DNA from: Pseudobutyrivibrio sp. UBA3626
GTDB taxonomy: Bacteria > Bacillota > Clostridia > Lachnospirales > Lachnospiraceae
Assembly: GCA_002373675.1 (NCBI GenBank)
Contig: DFLF01000002.1
Coordinates: forward strand, 65,984-129,983
Length of the DNA: 64,000 nucleotides
Reading direction: 5' to 3'
Shown here: positions 10,050 to 18,993 of the stretch, piece after piece
How the letters are laid out: each line of letters starts with the position of its first letter
Position numbering within the stretch: the first letter of the stretch is position 1
Notes under the pieces: model-generated
Databases searched by the model: none
Seen by the model: the letters and a program-made list of their open reading frames with translations, nothing else
Told to the model about the DNA's origin: nothing
Made by a program: the position numbers and the translations under genes

Positions 10050-10424
10050 ATGGGAGACGAAAGAAAAAGAATACTAGTCGTCGATGACGATGTAATGCAA
10101 CTTAATATGATGAAGAGTTACTTGAGAGAGTATTATGATGTAACAGCCGTAAACTCAGGCAAGTCTGCGCTTAAATTTCTTGAAGGTCATAATTGCGATT
10201 TGATATTTCTGGATTTTCTTATGCCTGAAGAATCAGGTGCGCAGGTTTATTATAAGCTTAAAGCGAATTCTAAGACGAGAGATATTCCTGTTGTTTTTCT
10301 CACGGGACTTACGGAGAAGAAAGTTGTTATTAAGACATTAACGGAATTAAAGCCGGAGGGCTATATAGTTAAGCCGGCTAATAAGAATGATCTGGTTAAT
10401 AAGGTAGTTGCTATATTAGGATAG
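10050..10424 (+). CDS. Single-domain response regulator (CheY-like receiver)
   Basis: RILVVDDD, phospho-acceptor context DLIFLDFLMP, and a conserved Lys in YIVKP. I prefer ATG 10050 (GAAGGTG 6 nt upstream) over the TTG at 10035 in the ORF track. Confidence 0.85.
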   Translation: MGDERKRILVVDDDVMQLNMMKSYLREYYDVTAVNSGKSALKFLEGHNCDLIFLDFLMPEESGAQVYYKLKANSKTRDIPVVFLTGLTEKKVVIKTLTELKPEGYIVKPANKNDLVNKVVAILG

Positions 10425-10432
10425 AGGGTAAT

Positions 10433-11065
10433 ATGATTAATGAGAAGGAATTTAGAAATTTTGGATTCGATTTAAAAAAGGCAAATGAATATACAGGTGG
10501 AGATGAAGAATTAGAAATTGCACTTAGAACATTTGCTCAATGTTATGAGAAGAATCGCTTAGATATATCTTCGAATTTCGAGATGGGTATGTATATACAT
10601 TATGTTACTCATGTTCATTCCCTTAAGAGTAATCTTAGAACAATTGGTATGGATAAAATCTCTAAGGTTGCTGAGAGATGTGAGGTGCTAGGGAAGAAAT
10701 ATTCGAAAGAAACGCCTAATGCCAGAGAAGAGGCAGAATTTGATAAGGCCAATCAGATGCTCCTCCAGGAGTATAAAGAAGTGGTTGATTTCATTAATAA
10801 GCAATTAAATGATGAAAAAGAAGAATCGTCAGAAGATAAGATTAGTAATAATAGCAGAGTAGTGGAACTGTTAGATGATTTTGTAGCTGCCTGTGAAGAT
10901 TTTGATGATGATAGAGCAAGAGCCGATTTGAAAGAAATATATAGTTATAGAATAGATATTATTGCCAAAAATCATATTGATCTTGCCAAGAGATATATTG
11001 AAGAATTTGAGTATGAGGAGGCACTATCTGAAGCACAAGAAGCGAAGAAGAATATTAACGTATAA
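10433..11065 (+). CDS. Hpt (histidine phosphotransfer) domain protein
   Basis: 210-aa helical ORF. HVHSLKSNLRTIGMDKISKVAERCE fits the Hpt H-x-x-K-G/S-x-x-x-x-I-G signature. It lies between a receiver gene and a hybrid kinase gene. Confidence 0.65.
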   Translation: MINEKEFRNFGFDLKKANEYTGGDEELEIALRTFAQCYEKNRLDISSNFEMGMYIHYVTHVHSLKSNLRTIGMDKISKVAERCEVLGKKYSKETPNAREEAEFDKANQMLLQEYKEVVDFINKQLNDEKEESSEDKISNNSRVVELLDDFVAACEDFDDDRARADLKEIYSYRIDIIAKNHIDLAKRYIEEFEYEEALSEAQEAKKNINV

Positions 11066-11092
11066 ATAGTATTTCCAGTTGGGAGGTATTAT

Positions 11093-13483
11093 ATGTATTC
11101 GTACTTTTATATTGCAATTTGTATAATAACTTTAATAATTACAGTAACTATGCTTGTTAAGATTCTATTGTCTAAACCTTCTGTAATTCAGGCTGTTGCT
11201 GTTATGTTCTTTACTGCCTTAATTATTATTGAATTAGGGCTTCTATTAGAATTTCGTAGTGATTCACTCCCGGAATTAGTAATGTCCTTTAAGACAAAAT
11301 ATATAGGTATGGTGGCTGCATCTCTTATATTACTTCGTTTGGTGGAGAAAATATCCGGTGCTAATATTTCAAAAGCTTTTTACATTATTCAGGCGGTTAT
11401 TGTAATTGCAATTGTATCTACACTCGTCCACATTGACTATTCAAATTATATAGATCATGACTGGAATTCTGTGGCTGGTCAGGTTGCGTCCTTATCAAGT
11501 TTTGAATTCATAATTATAAATGTTGTATTTCCAATAGATCTTTTTGTGGTTTTCGTTGCGTGCCTTGTAATATGCAGTATGGCATTAAAAAGGTATAAAG
11601 GAATTACTAAGATTCGTATAGTGTTTATTCTGATTGTAACTGCAATGTTTGTGCTATCAACCATATCTTATTATGCAACGGAGTTAATTGGTACAGATAT
11701 TACAATTTATTTTATTCTTGCTATTGTCATTTGTCTTGCAATACTTCTTGTTAAATTTGATTTCTTTGATTCTATTCAGGCTGCTATTGTTAATGTTATG
11801 TTTAGAGGACCTGTTGGAATAATAGTTGCCGATCAGGATAATAATATTATATTTCACAATGACTCTGCCAAAAAGATGATTCCCATAATAGATTCCATTC
11901 ATCATATAGATGATGATAAGATGCTTGAGAGAATTTATTTAAATGGTGGGGGAGATTATGAAGACAGTAAGCACACATATACTATTCATGTAGATGAGAT
12001 TAGAGAAGCTAATTATCTGGTGGGGCATCAATTTGTAATAAGCGATGTTACTAATCTTCATGAAAAGATGGACGAGCTAGAGAAAATGACAGAGGTTGCT
12101 AATAAGTCTAATGAGACTAAAAGCATTTTCCTTGCCAATATGAGCCATGAAATAAGAACTCCTATTAATGCTATAGTTGGAATGGATGAAATGATTCTAC
12201 GTGAAACTGCCAGCGACGTAATAAGAGATTATGCATTGGATATAAAGTCAGCAAGTCAAACTCTTCTTGGAATAATAAGTGATATTCTTGATATTTCTAA
12301 GATAGAATCAGGTGCGCTGACTCTGGTGAATTCTGATTATAAACTTAGTGCTGTAGTTCTTGATGTTAGTAATATGGTGGAGAAGAAAGCAAAGGACAAG
12401 AACCTGTCCTTTAGTGTTACAGTAGATGAACACACACCAGAGCATCTCTTTGGTGATGAATTAAGGCTTAGACAGATTATGATTAATGTAATTAATAATG
12501 CTGTCAAATATACGAAAGAGGGTAGTGTAAGCGTTGATATTTCCTTCTCAAGAATAGATAAAGAACCAGATAATATAGAATTAAAAATCAATGTAAGTGA
12601 TACAGGAATAGGTATTAAGGAAGAAGAAAAAAATAAAATATTTAAAAAGTTTCAGAGGCTTGATGAGATTAGGAATAAAAATGTTGAAGGCACAGGACTT
12701 GGACTTAGTATTGCACAAAGTTTTGTAATTATGATGGACGGTCATATTGATGTTGAAAGCGTATATGGAGAAGGTACAACCTTTTCAATTCATATAATTC
12801 AAAAAGTAACAGACTATGAACCTATAGGAAACTTAAAAGATAGAGAAGTTTATAACAAAAATAAAGACAAAAAAAGCATAAAACTAATGGCACCAAACGC
12901 AAAAATACTGATTGTTGATGATAATGAATTGAATCTTAAGGTTATTTCTAATCTTCTAAAAATAACCCGGATAAAAATTGATACGGCAAGTTCTGGTAAG
13001 GAATGCATTGATAAGATGAAGAAGGAAAGGTACGATTGTGTACTCCTTGATATAATGATGCCTGAACTAAACGGAGTAGATACGCTTCATATCCTTAAGA
13101 AAGATAATATAAAGGGAAGCGTGCCGGTAATAGCCCTTACTGCTGACGCCACTGCAGGAGCATCAAAGATTTATATTGATGAAGGGTTTGATGCGTATCT
13201 TACAAAACCTATTAGCTATGATAAATGCGAAGAAGCTTTGATAGAGTATTTGCCTGATGATTTGCTTCTTAGCAGCGATGAAGTAGAAGAGATTATGAGA
13301 AATAGTGAAAGTGAGGATAAGCCGACAGTTCTAGTTATTGATGATTCGCCTAAAGATCTTAAGATGCATAAAGAGCTGTTGTCAAAGTCTTATAAAGGCG
13401 TCTTTGTCAAAAATCAAAAAATGGCTGACAAGTATCTTGATACTCATCAGCCCGATTATATACTTAAGAAATATGATGGATGA
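11093..13483 (+). CDS. Hybrid sensor histidine kinase/response regulator with polytopic N-terminal sensor and truncated second receiver
   Basis: 796-aa ORF with about 6-7 N-terminal TM helices. H-box is MSHEIRTPINAIVG. HATPase N and G boxes are NNAVKYT and DTGIGI...GTGLGLSI. The full receiver is KILIVDDN...VLLDIMMP...LTKP. The C-terminal stub is TVLVIDDS...PDYILKKYDG-stop. Confidence 0.85.
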   Translation: MYSYFYIAICIITLIITVTMLVKILLSKPSVIQAVAVMFFTALIIIELGLLLEFRSDSLPELVMSFKTKYIGMVAASLILLRLVEKISGANISKAFYIIQAVIVIAIVSTLVHIDYSNYIDHDWNSVAGQVASLSSFEFIIINVVFPIDLFVVFVACLVICSMALKRYKGITKIRIVFILIVTAMFVLSTISYYATELIGTDITIYFILAIVICLAILLVKFDFFDSIQAAIVNVMFRGPVGIIVADQDNNIIFHNDSAKKMIPIIDSIHHIDDDKMLERIYLNGGGDYEDSKHTYTIHVDEIREANYLVGHQFVISDVTNLHEKMDELEKMTEVANKSNETKSIFLANMSHEIRTPINAIVGMDEMILRETASDVIRDYALDIKSASQTLLGIISDILDISKIESGALTLVNSDYKLSAVVLDVSNMVEKKAKDKNLSFSVTVDEHTPEHLFGDELRLRQIMINVINNAVKYTKEGSVSVDISFSRIDKEPDNIELKINVSDTGIGIKEEEKNKIFKKFQRLDEIRNKNVEGTGLGLSIAQSFVIMMDGHIDVESVYGEGTTFSIHIIQKVTDYEPIGNLKDREVYNKNKDKKSIKLMAPNAKILIVDDNELNLKVISNLLKITRIKIDTASSGKECIDKMKKERYDCVLLDIMMPELNGVDTLHILKKDNIKGSVPVIALTADATAGASKIYIDEGFDAYLTKPISYDKCEEALIEYLPDDLLLSSDEVEEIMRNSESEDKPTVLVIDDSPKDLKMHKELLSKSYKGVFVKNQKMADKYLDTHQPDYILKKYDG

Positions 13484-15382
13484 TTATTTTGATTGAGATT
13501 GAGTTGTTTGCTGGTTCTTGTCATAGTCTGTAATACCTTTTCCAGTGTTGGGATAGAAGTGGGAATAGATATTATCAGCAGCAAATAAAAGTAAAAGTGC
13601 AACAACAACCGGAAGTAGTATTTTGGTGTTGATTTTCTGTATAAAGTTATCAATAAGGGGAGCAAGTACGTATACGCATGCTATTCCCGCAATTCCAAAT
13701 ACTAACAAGCCTTCAGCACATACTCGACCATTGATGTTGAGGAAATAGCCTGTATAATCCCACCATTTCTGGCCGTTATGAGTGACCTCCAAAAACCATG
13801 ACGTAAAATATTCTACAATACCGCAAAGTATAACTGCTGTCAAAAATTCAAGCCATGGATTTTTTCTGAACTTGTAGAGGACTACAAGAATCATTATTGC
13901 GCCTGTTCCATATATTGGAAGCCAGGGGCCATGTAGCACACCTCTGTTGACAAAGACTCCATCTTCAACCAGATGAATAGCAACTTCCCATAACCAGCCA
14001 ATTAAACATCCTATAAAGAATATAGAGATAATGCTAAGTACTGAATATCTTCTTAAGTAGTGAAGTGTTTTCAGCTGAACTTTTTTGTTGTTATTGTTAT
14101 CGTTGAAGAGAGGATGCAGCCTCTCTGGATATAGCTTGCCTTTGGCGATGCCTGAATACATCTTGGCAAGAAGAAGTATCTCTTCTTGTTTGTTAATTCT
14201 TTTTACCTTGGCGTTGTAGTAAAGTACTATTCCAAGTACATTTGCAAAGAATCCCTTAATTCCTGTATATTTCTCAGGCTCTGATGGTGAAGATTCATAG
14301 ATTTCTTTAAGGTCTGCGTATGCAACATTAATTTCTTCGATAGTCGGCTTTTTGCAGATAAATCTATCATTTAGAAGTTCGTATCCTTCTATTTTATTAT
14401 CAATTGCCTGTTTTCTTAACTTGAGATAGAATTGCGCAAATGTTGCTTCCAAATATGGATTTAAAAAGAATAATCCAAGAAGTCCTGATGTTAAAATGTT
14501 GAGAATTTCCCAGCCTGCGAAAGTGAGACACAGAACAAATAATTCCCATTTGTGTCCATTCATCATTTTGCGAGACAAAGTGATTGCCTGCTTTGAATTA
14601 AGTCTGGGATTCTCTGCTAATATATATGATGTCATGAAATATGAGAAGTATTTGATTATACCTCCTACAATGGTAAGAGACCATAGAAGTACAAGTATGT
14701 CCTTTATTATAAAAGTAAAACATGCTCTAAAAAATGCCTTTTTCCCAAATAAGAAAAGGTAACTTCTGGCAGTGATTTTCTCATAAGTCTGCCCCACAAC
14801 AAATTGCCTTTTGGTTGTAAGCCACAGGGCATTTTTAATAAATGCTCTATAACCTGTGTATATCAATACACTTATGATTAGAACAATTATAGTTGATACA
14901 GACGGATCAGATACTACTTTAGAAACTGATTTATAAAGAGTAAGTATAATAGAACCTGATTTAAAGCTGTTAACGAGGGAAGCAAGTACACCATTTTTAT
15001 AACCTAGTGTTATGATTCCAACATGTTCGTCAGGCTGGTTCTCGTTAATTGTATTAACTTGGTTTTCAATATTTAAAGCATCGTCTTTTTTGCCATAAAT
15101 GTAATCGGTTATTTCTTCGGCCATATCATTACTTGAGTCGTAGATACTGTTGTTAATAACCAGTTCGCCGTCTTCGTTGAAATGAGCATTTTCAGCAATT
15201 TTAGAGGTGATTTCATTATAGGTTTCTTCATTACCTCCTTTGAGTATGGTAAATATATATGTAGAGGAAGTGTACATTACACCAATAACAGCGCACAAAA
15301 GTAAGCTTATAACAAATATGAAATAATGAGTTTTTACAGATTTTTTTGCGTCTCTTTTGATTTCTTTTCTATCTATTATCAT
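13484..15382 (-). CDS. DUF975-family membrane protein fused to a CmpB-like (putative ABC-transporter type IV) membrane domain
   Basis: 632-aa ORF. The N-terminus (IDRKEIKRDAKKSVKTHYF plus TM helices) resembles DUF975. The C-terminal part (WEVAIHLVEDGVFVNRGVLHGPWLPIYGTGA) resembles the CmpB-type membrane family. Confidence 0.6.
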   Translation of the reverse strand: MIIDRKEIKRDAKKSVKTHYFIFVISLLLCAVIGVMYTSSTYIFTILKGGNEETYNEITSKIAENAHFNEDGELVINNSIYDSSNDMAEEITDYIYGKKDDALNIENQVNTINENQPDEHVGIITLGYKNGVLASLVNSFKSGSIILTLYKSVSKVVSDPSVSTIIVLIISVLIYTGYRAFIKNALWLTTKRQFVVGQTYEKITARSYLFLFGKKAFFRACFTFIIKDILVLLWSLTIVGGIIKYFSYFMTSYILAENPRLNSKQAITLSRKMMNGHKWELFVLCLTFAGWEILNILTSGLLGLFFLNPYLEATFAQFYLKLRKQAIDNKIEGYELLNDRFICKKPTIEEINVAYADLKEIYESSPSEPEKYTGIKGFFANVLGIVLYYNAKVKRINKQEEILLLAKMYSGIAKGKLYPERLHPLFNDNNNNKKVQLKTLHYLRRYSVLSIISIFFIGCLIGWLWEVAIHLVEDGVFVNRGVLHGPWLPIYGTGAIMILVVLYKFRKNPWLEFLTAVILCGIVEYFTSWFLEVTHNGQKWWDYTGYFLNINGRVCAEGLLVFGIAGIACVYVLAPLIDNFIQKINTKILLPVVVALLLLFAADNIYSHFYPNTGKGITDYDKNQQTTQSQSK

Positions 15383-15479
15383 TTTTTACCCCTTTAATTA
15401 TAATCTTGCATATTATATCATAAAATCGTAAGTAGTGGTATAATATGAACAATGTAATGTGGTTTTATAGGAGATTCTT

Positions 15480-16679
15480 ATGATAGCTTTGTTAATATTG
15501 CCAATCTATATTATAGCGAATTACTATGTATGTATGTGGTTTATGAAGTGGCTTGATACAATATGCAAAGGACGTCTTAAGATAGGAGTTCGTATTCCGA
15601 TTCATATTGTGTACTGGACTCTTTGTATGGGAATGTATATAGCAGCACTTGTTCCTGAAGGTGGTGTTAGAAGGATATTTAATGTTGCAGGGACATATTG
15701 GTATGGCGTTGTAATATATATACTTCTGATTATTGGAATACTAGATCTTATTCGAATAATAACTAGAAAGGTTAAGAAAATTCCAAAATCAGAGACTACA
15801 ATATCCAGGACTAAGTTTATTGCTCTTGGTTTAGTTGTTGTATTAATAATAGCATCAATAGCTGTTTTTGGAGGAATTCAGGCAAGAACAATAAATACTT
15901 CTGAATATGAGATAGAAGTTGATAAAGATGCAGGTAAATTAGACTCGCTTAATGTGGTAATTGTAGCAGATCAACATATGGGGTATTCTGTAGGAACGAG
16001 TATGATGCAGGATATGGTTAATAAGATTAACGCTTATAATCCAGATATTGTAATAATGGCTGGAGATATATTTGATAACAATTATGATGCCCTTGATAAT
16101 CCGGACAAGCTTATTGATATTTATAAGCAGATAAATTCAAAGTATGGGGTATATGCTGTATATGGAAATCATGATATTGATGAGATGATTATTGCAGGAT
16201 TTACGTTTCCATCAGATGAGAAGCTGGTAGCAGATTCCAGAATGGATGAATTCTTAGAAAAGGCAGGTGTTGTCAATCTTAGGGATGAATATGTATTAAT
16301 AGATGATTCCTTCTACTTATATGGCAGACCAGATTATTCTAAAGAGGGACGAGGTATTAATGGTAGAAAGACACCAGCGGCTTTAACAGCTGAGCTTGAC
16401 AAGAGAAGACCTATTCTTGTGATAGATCATGAGCCTAGAGAATTACAGGAACTTGCAGATGCAGGTGTTGACGTAGATATGTCAGGACACACTCATGATG
16501 GACAGATATTCCCTCTTAATTTTACAAGTAAGATAATATGGGAGAATTCTAGGGGATTGCTTGATAAGGGTGATATGACAAGTGTCGTTACATCTGGCGT
16601 CGGTTTCTATGGACCGGGCATTAGGGTTGGAACAGAGGCAGAGGTTGTTGATTTGAAAATCAATTTCAAATCAAAATAG
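15480..16679 (+). CDS. Membrane-anchored metallophosphoesterase (calcineurin-like)
   Basis: 399-aa ORF with N-terminal TM helices. Motifs are VADQHMG, AGDIFD, GNHD and SGHTHDGQ. Confidence 0.85.
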   Translation: MIALLILPIYIIANYYVCMWFMKWLDTICKGRLKIGVRIPIHIVYWTLCMGMYIAALVPEGGVRRIFNVAGTYWYGVVIYILLIIGILDLIRIITRKVKKIPKSETTISRTKFIALGLVVVLIIASIAVFGGIQARTINTSEYEIEVDKDAGKLDSLNVVIVADQHMGYSVGTSMMQDMVNKINAYNPDIVIMAGDIFDNNYDALDNPDKLIDIYKQINSKYGVYAVYGNHDIDEMIIAGFTFPSDEKLVADSRMDEFLEKAGVVNLRDEYVLIDDSFYLYGRPDYSKEGRGINGRKTPAALTAELDKRRPILVIDHEPRELQELADAGVDVDMSGHTHDGQIFPLNFTSKIIWENSRGLLDKGDMTSVVTSGVGFYGPGIRVGTEAEVVDLKINFKSK

Positions 16680-16687
16680 ATGACATG

Positions 16688-16714
16688 TTGACAGGGGGAC
16701 GGTCCTTTTGTCAA
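16688..16714 (+). repeat. REP-like palindromic repeat, copy 1 (TTGACAGGGGGACGGTCCTTTTGTCAA)
   Basis: This 27-mer is identical to the reverse complement of 18954-18980. It is an imperfect palindrome (TTGACA / TGTCAA arms) and lies in an intergenic gap. Confidence 0.8.
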
Positions 16715-16746
16715 TGTATTTTTGTTAAAAGCAAGGGAGACTTAAT

Positions 16747-17946
16747 ATGGAGAAAATAATCAGGTTAAGACAAAGATTTGTAAGCACATATATAAGATTC
16801 GCAAAGATTAGAAGACCGAATCTGATTAAGGGAAAGGAAAGCATACTTAAACTACCTGATATTGTAAAAAGCGACGGCAATAACAGGGCGCTTGTCGTTA
16901 CAACTGCGGGATTTATTAAAAGAGGTTCCCTAGAGCCGTTGTTCGAAGAATTGAAGAAAAAGGGTATTGAATATAGCATTTACAGCGGTATAATGCCCGA
17001 CCCTACAATTACGTGTATCGAGGAAGCCCTTACAATATATAATGAAAATGGTTGTCAATGTATTATCGCCGTTGGCGGCGGTAGCGTTATGGATGCTTCT
17101 AAGATAATCGGAGCAAGAGCAACTAATCCGACTTTGCAGGTTAGGGATATGCGGGGAATGTTCAAGATTAAGAATCCTATACCTGATTTGTATGTTGTAC
17201 CGACAACAGCTGGAACAGGCTCTGAAGCTACAGTTGCAGCCGTCATAACAGATGAAGTTGATGGAACTCATTACAAATATGCTATAACAGACTTTGGTCT
17301 CGTTCCAAGATATGCGGTTATGTATCCTGAGATTACTCTTAGTCTTCCTAAGCACATAACGGCAGCCACGGGAATGGATGCATTAACTCATGCTGTAGAG
17401 ACATATACGAATCTGTATGCTTCTTTGATGGTTAAGAAACTTGCAAAAAAATCAGTTAGAATGATATTTGAGAATCTGGAAAATGCTTATAATAATGGTT
17501 CAGACATAAAAGCAAGAGGAAGGATGCTAATGGCATCCTACTATGCAGGAGTAGCATTTACCAATAACTTTGTAGGATATGTACATGCTGTTGCACATGC
17601 ATTAGGAGCACTTTATGGCCTTCCACACGGATATGCAAATGCGATTATTCTTCCTGTTGTAATGGATCAATATGGCGAGAGCGCATATAAGTCTCTTGCT
17701 GAGCTTGCTGATGTCGTCAGAATAGAAGGAGCTTCTGATAAAGAAAAAGCAGAAAGCTTTATAGATGCAATAAAGCAAATGAACAAGAGGATGGATATTC
17801 CTGATAAAGTAAAAGAGCTTAAAGAAGAAGATTTTGATATAATTATTTCCCGCGCTCTTGAGGAAGCTAATCCAGCATACCCAGTTCCTGTAATATGGAA
17901 TGAGGAGGATGTTAGACTTCTGTTAAGAAGGCTTATCGTAAGGTGA
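16747..17946 (+). CDS. Iron-containing (group III) alcohol dehydrogenase
   Basis: 399-aa ORF with GGGSVMDASK, PTTAGTGSE and the metal-binding histidines in the HAVAHALG context. Confidence 0.85.
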   Translation: MEKIIRLRQRFVSTYIRFAKIRRPNLIKGKESILKLPDIVKSDGNNRALVVTTAGFIKRGSLEPLFEELKKKGIEYSIYSGIMPDPTITCIEEALTIYNENGCQCIIAVGGGSVMDASKIIGARATNPTLQVRDMRGMFKIKNPIPDLYVVPTTAGTGSEATVAAVITDEVDGTHYKYAITDFGLVPRYAVMYPEITLSLPKHITAATGMDALTHAVETYTNLYASLMVKKLAKKSVRMIFENLENAYNNGSDIKARGRMLMASYYAGVAFTNNFVGYVHAVAHALGALYGLPHGYANAIILPVVMDQYGESAYKSLAELADVVRIEGASDKEKAESFIDAIKQMNKRMDIPDKVKELKEEDFDIIISRALEEANPAYPVPVIWNEEDVRLLLRRLIVR

Positions 17947-17969
17947 CAAGGGGACGGTCCTTTTGTCAA
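17944..17969 (+). repeat. REP-like palindromic repeat, copy 2 (TGACAAGGGGACGGTCCTTTTGTCAA)
   Basis: Variant of copy 1. It spans both the adh stop (TGA 17944-17946) and the stop of the convergent Y1-transposase gene (17966-17968). Confidence 0.8.
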
Positions 17970-18718
17970 CTTTTTTTGCCCGCTTTGGCTACAACACCTC
18001 TATTAATACCGGTCAACCGTTCAATTTGACGTACAGTTAATCCTAAAGACTTTAGTTTATATAATGCGGCGTCTCTTTCAAGCCTGTTATATGATTGAAT
18101 GATAGTGCCGGATTTAATTTGTAACTCTCTCTTTATGATGGATGAGGCTTCTTCATCAGTTATTCTTCGGGGGTTATGTTCTAAGCATATATCGTCAGCA
18201 GTTGATTTTACAAATTCTATTAGTTGCTGACGACTTGAAAAAAGAGATAGAGCAAACGCCATATCTGTTATTCTGAAAATATTATCTGCATATTCTTTGT
18301 ATGAACTCCATGGATAAATATCAACCGGACAAATCTGCGCTTTCTCAGGATTTTGCAATATATAGCGTAAAACAGTTTTAAAATATCTTTCATTTTCGAC
18401 TGGTTCACTCTTATACCTTTCTTGAAATAGTGTTCCTATACGATTATATTTGTTGTTGTAATATGCTACATACGAGACGCCAATTTGTTTCATAAGACAA
18501 TCAATTGTTCCGTTAGTATCATGCACGAGTAAATGAACATGATTGCTCATTAAACAGTAGCAATATAGTTTGCTGTCGTGTTCTGTCTTGTATTTATTTA
18601 AAATGTGCAAGTAATAGTAATAATCGTTAGTATCCTCGAATAATACTTGCTTGCTAATCCCTCTAGTTATTATATGGTAAATACCTGTTGAACTTCTTAT
18701 TCTTGCTTTTCTCCCCAT
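17966..18718 (-). CDS. IS200-like Y1 (HUH) transposase family protein, RAYT-like, with C-terminal HTH
   Basis: HUH motif is in LMSNHVHLLVH. The catalytic-Tyr helix is VLRYILQNPEKA. The C-terminal HTH is LTVRQIERLTGINRGVV. ATG 18718 lies 9 nt from AGGAGG. The ORF-track start at 18724 is only 3 nt from it. Confidence 0.8.
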   Translation of the reverse strand: MGRKARIRSSTGIYHIITRGISKQVLFEDTNDYYYYLHILNKYKTEHDSKLYCYCLMSNHVHLLVHDTNGTIDCLMKQIGVSYVAYYNNKYNRIGTLFQERYKSEPVENERYFKTVLRYILQNPEKAQICPVDIYPWSSYKEYADNIFRITDMAFALSLFSSRQQLIEFVKSTADDICLEHNPRRITDEEASSIIKRELQIKSGTIIQSYNRLERDAALYKLKSLGLTVRQIERLTGINRGVVAKAGKKS

Positions 18719-18953
18719 GTACATTGTCCTCCTTATAATATTAATTGTATGTTTGCATAGCTATTGTGGGAATCGTTGATATGAAAATATAGATAACCTT
18801 GAAATATAAATAATAAAGTACAACACAGAAAATGTGTTAGAGACATTATAACACACATTTTGTTGAAAAATTATTAACATTTTATTAATTTTTTATTAAA
18901 CGCCGTTTTTATATGTTTTTATTATTGCATAATGCTTTATGCATATTGAAAAG

Positions 18954-18993
18954 TTGACAAAAGGACCGTCCCCCTGTCAAATCCCCTTGTCAA
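18954..18993 (-). repeat. REP-like palindromic repeat, copy 3, plus a duplicated half-site
   Basis: 18954-18980 is TTGACAAAAGGACCGTCCCCCTGTCAA, the exact reverse complement of copy 1. It is followed by a second CCCCTTGTCAA half (18983-18993) that contains the stop codon of the SDR gene. Confidence 0.8.
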
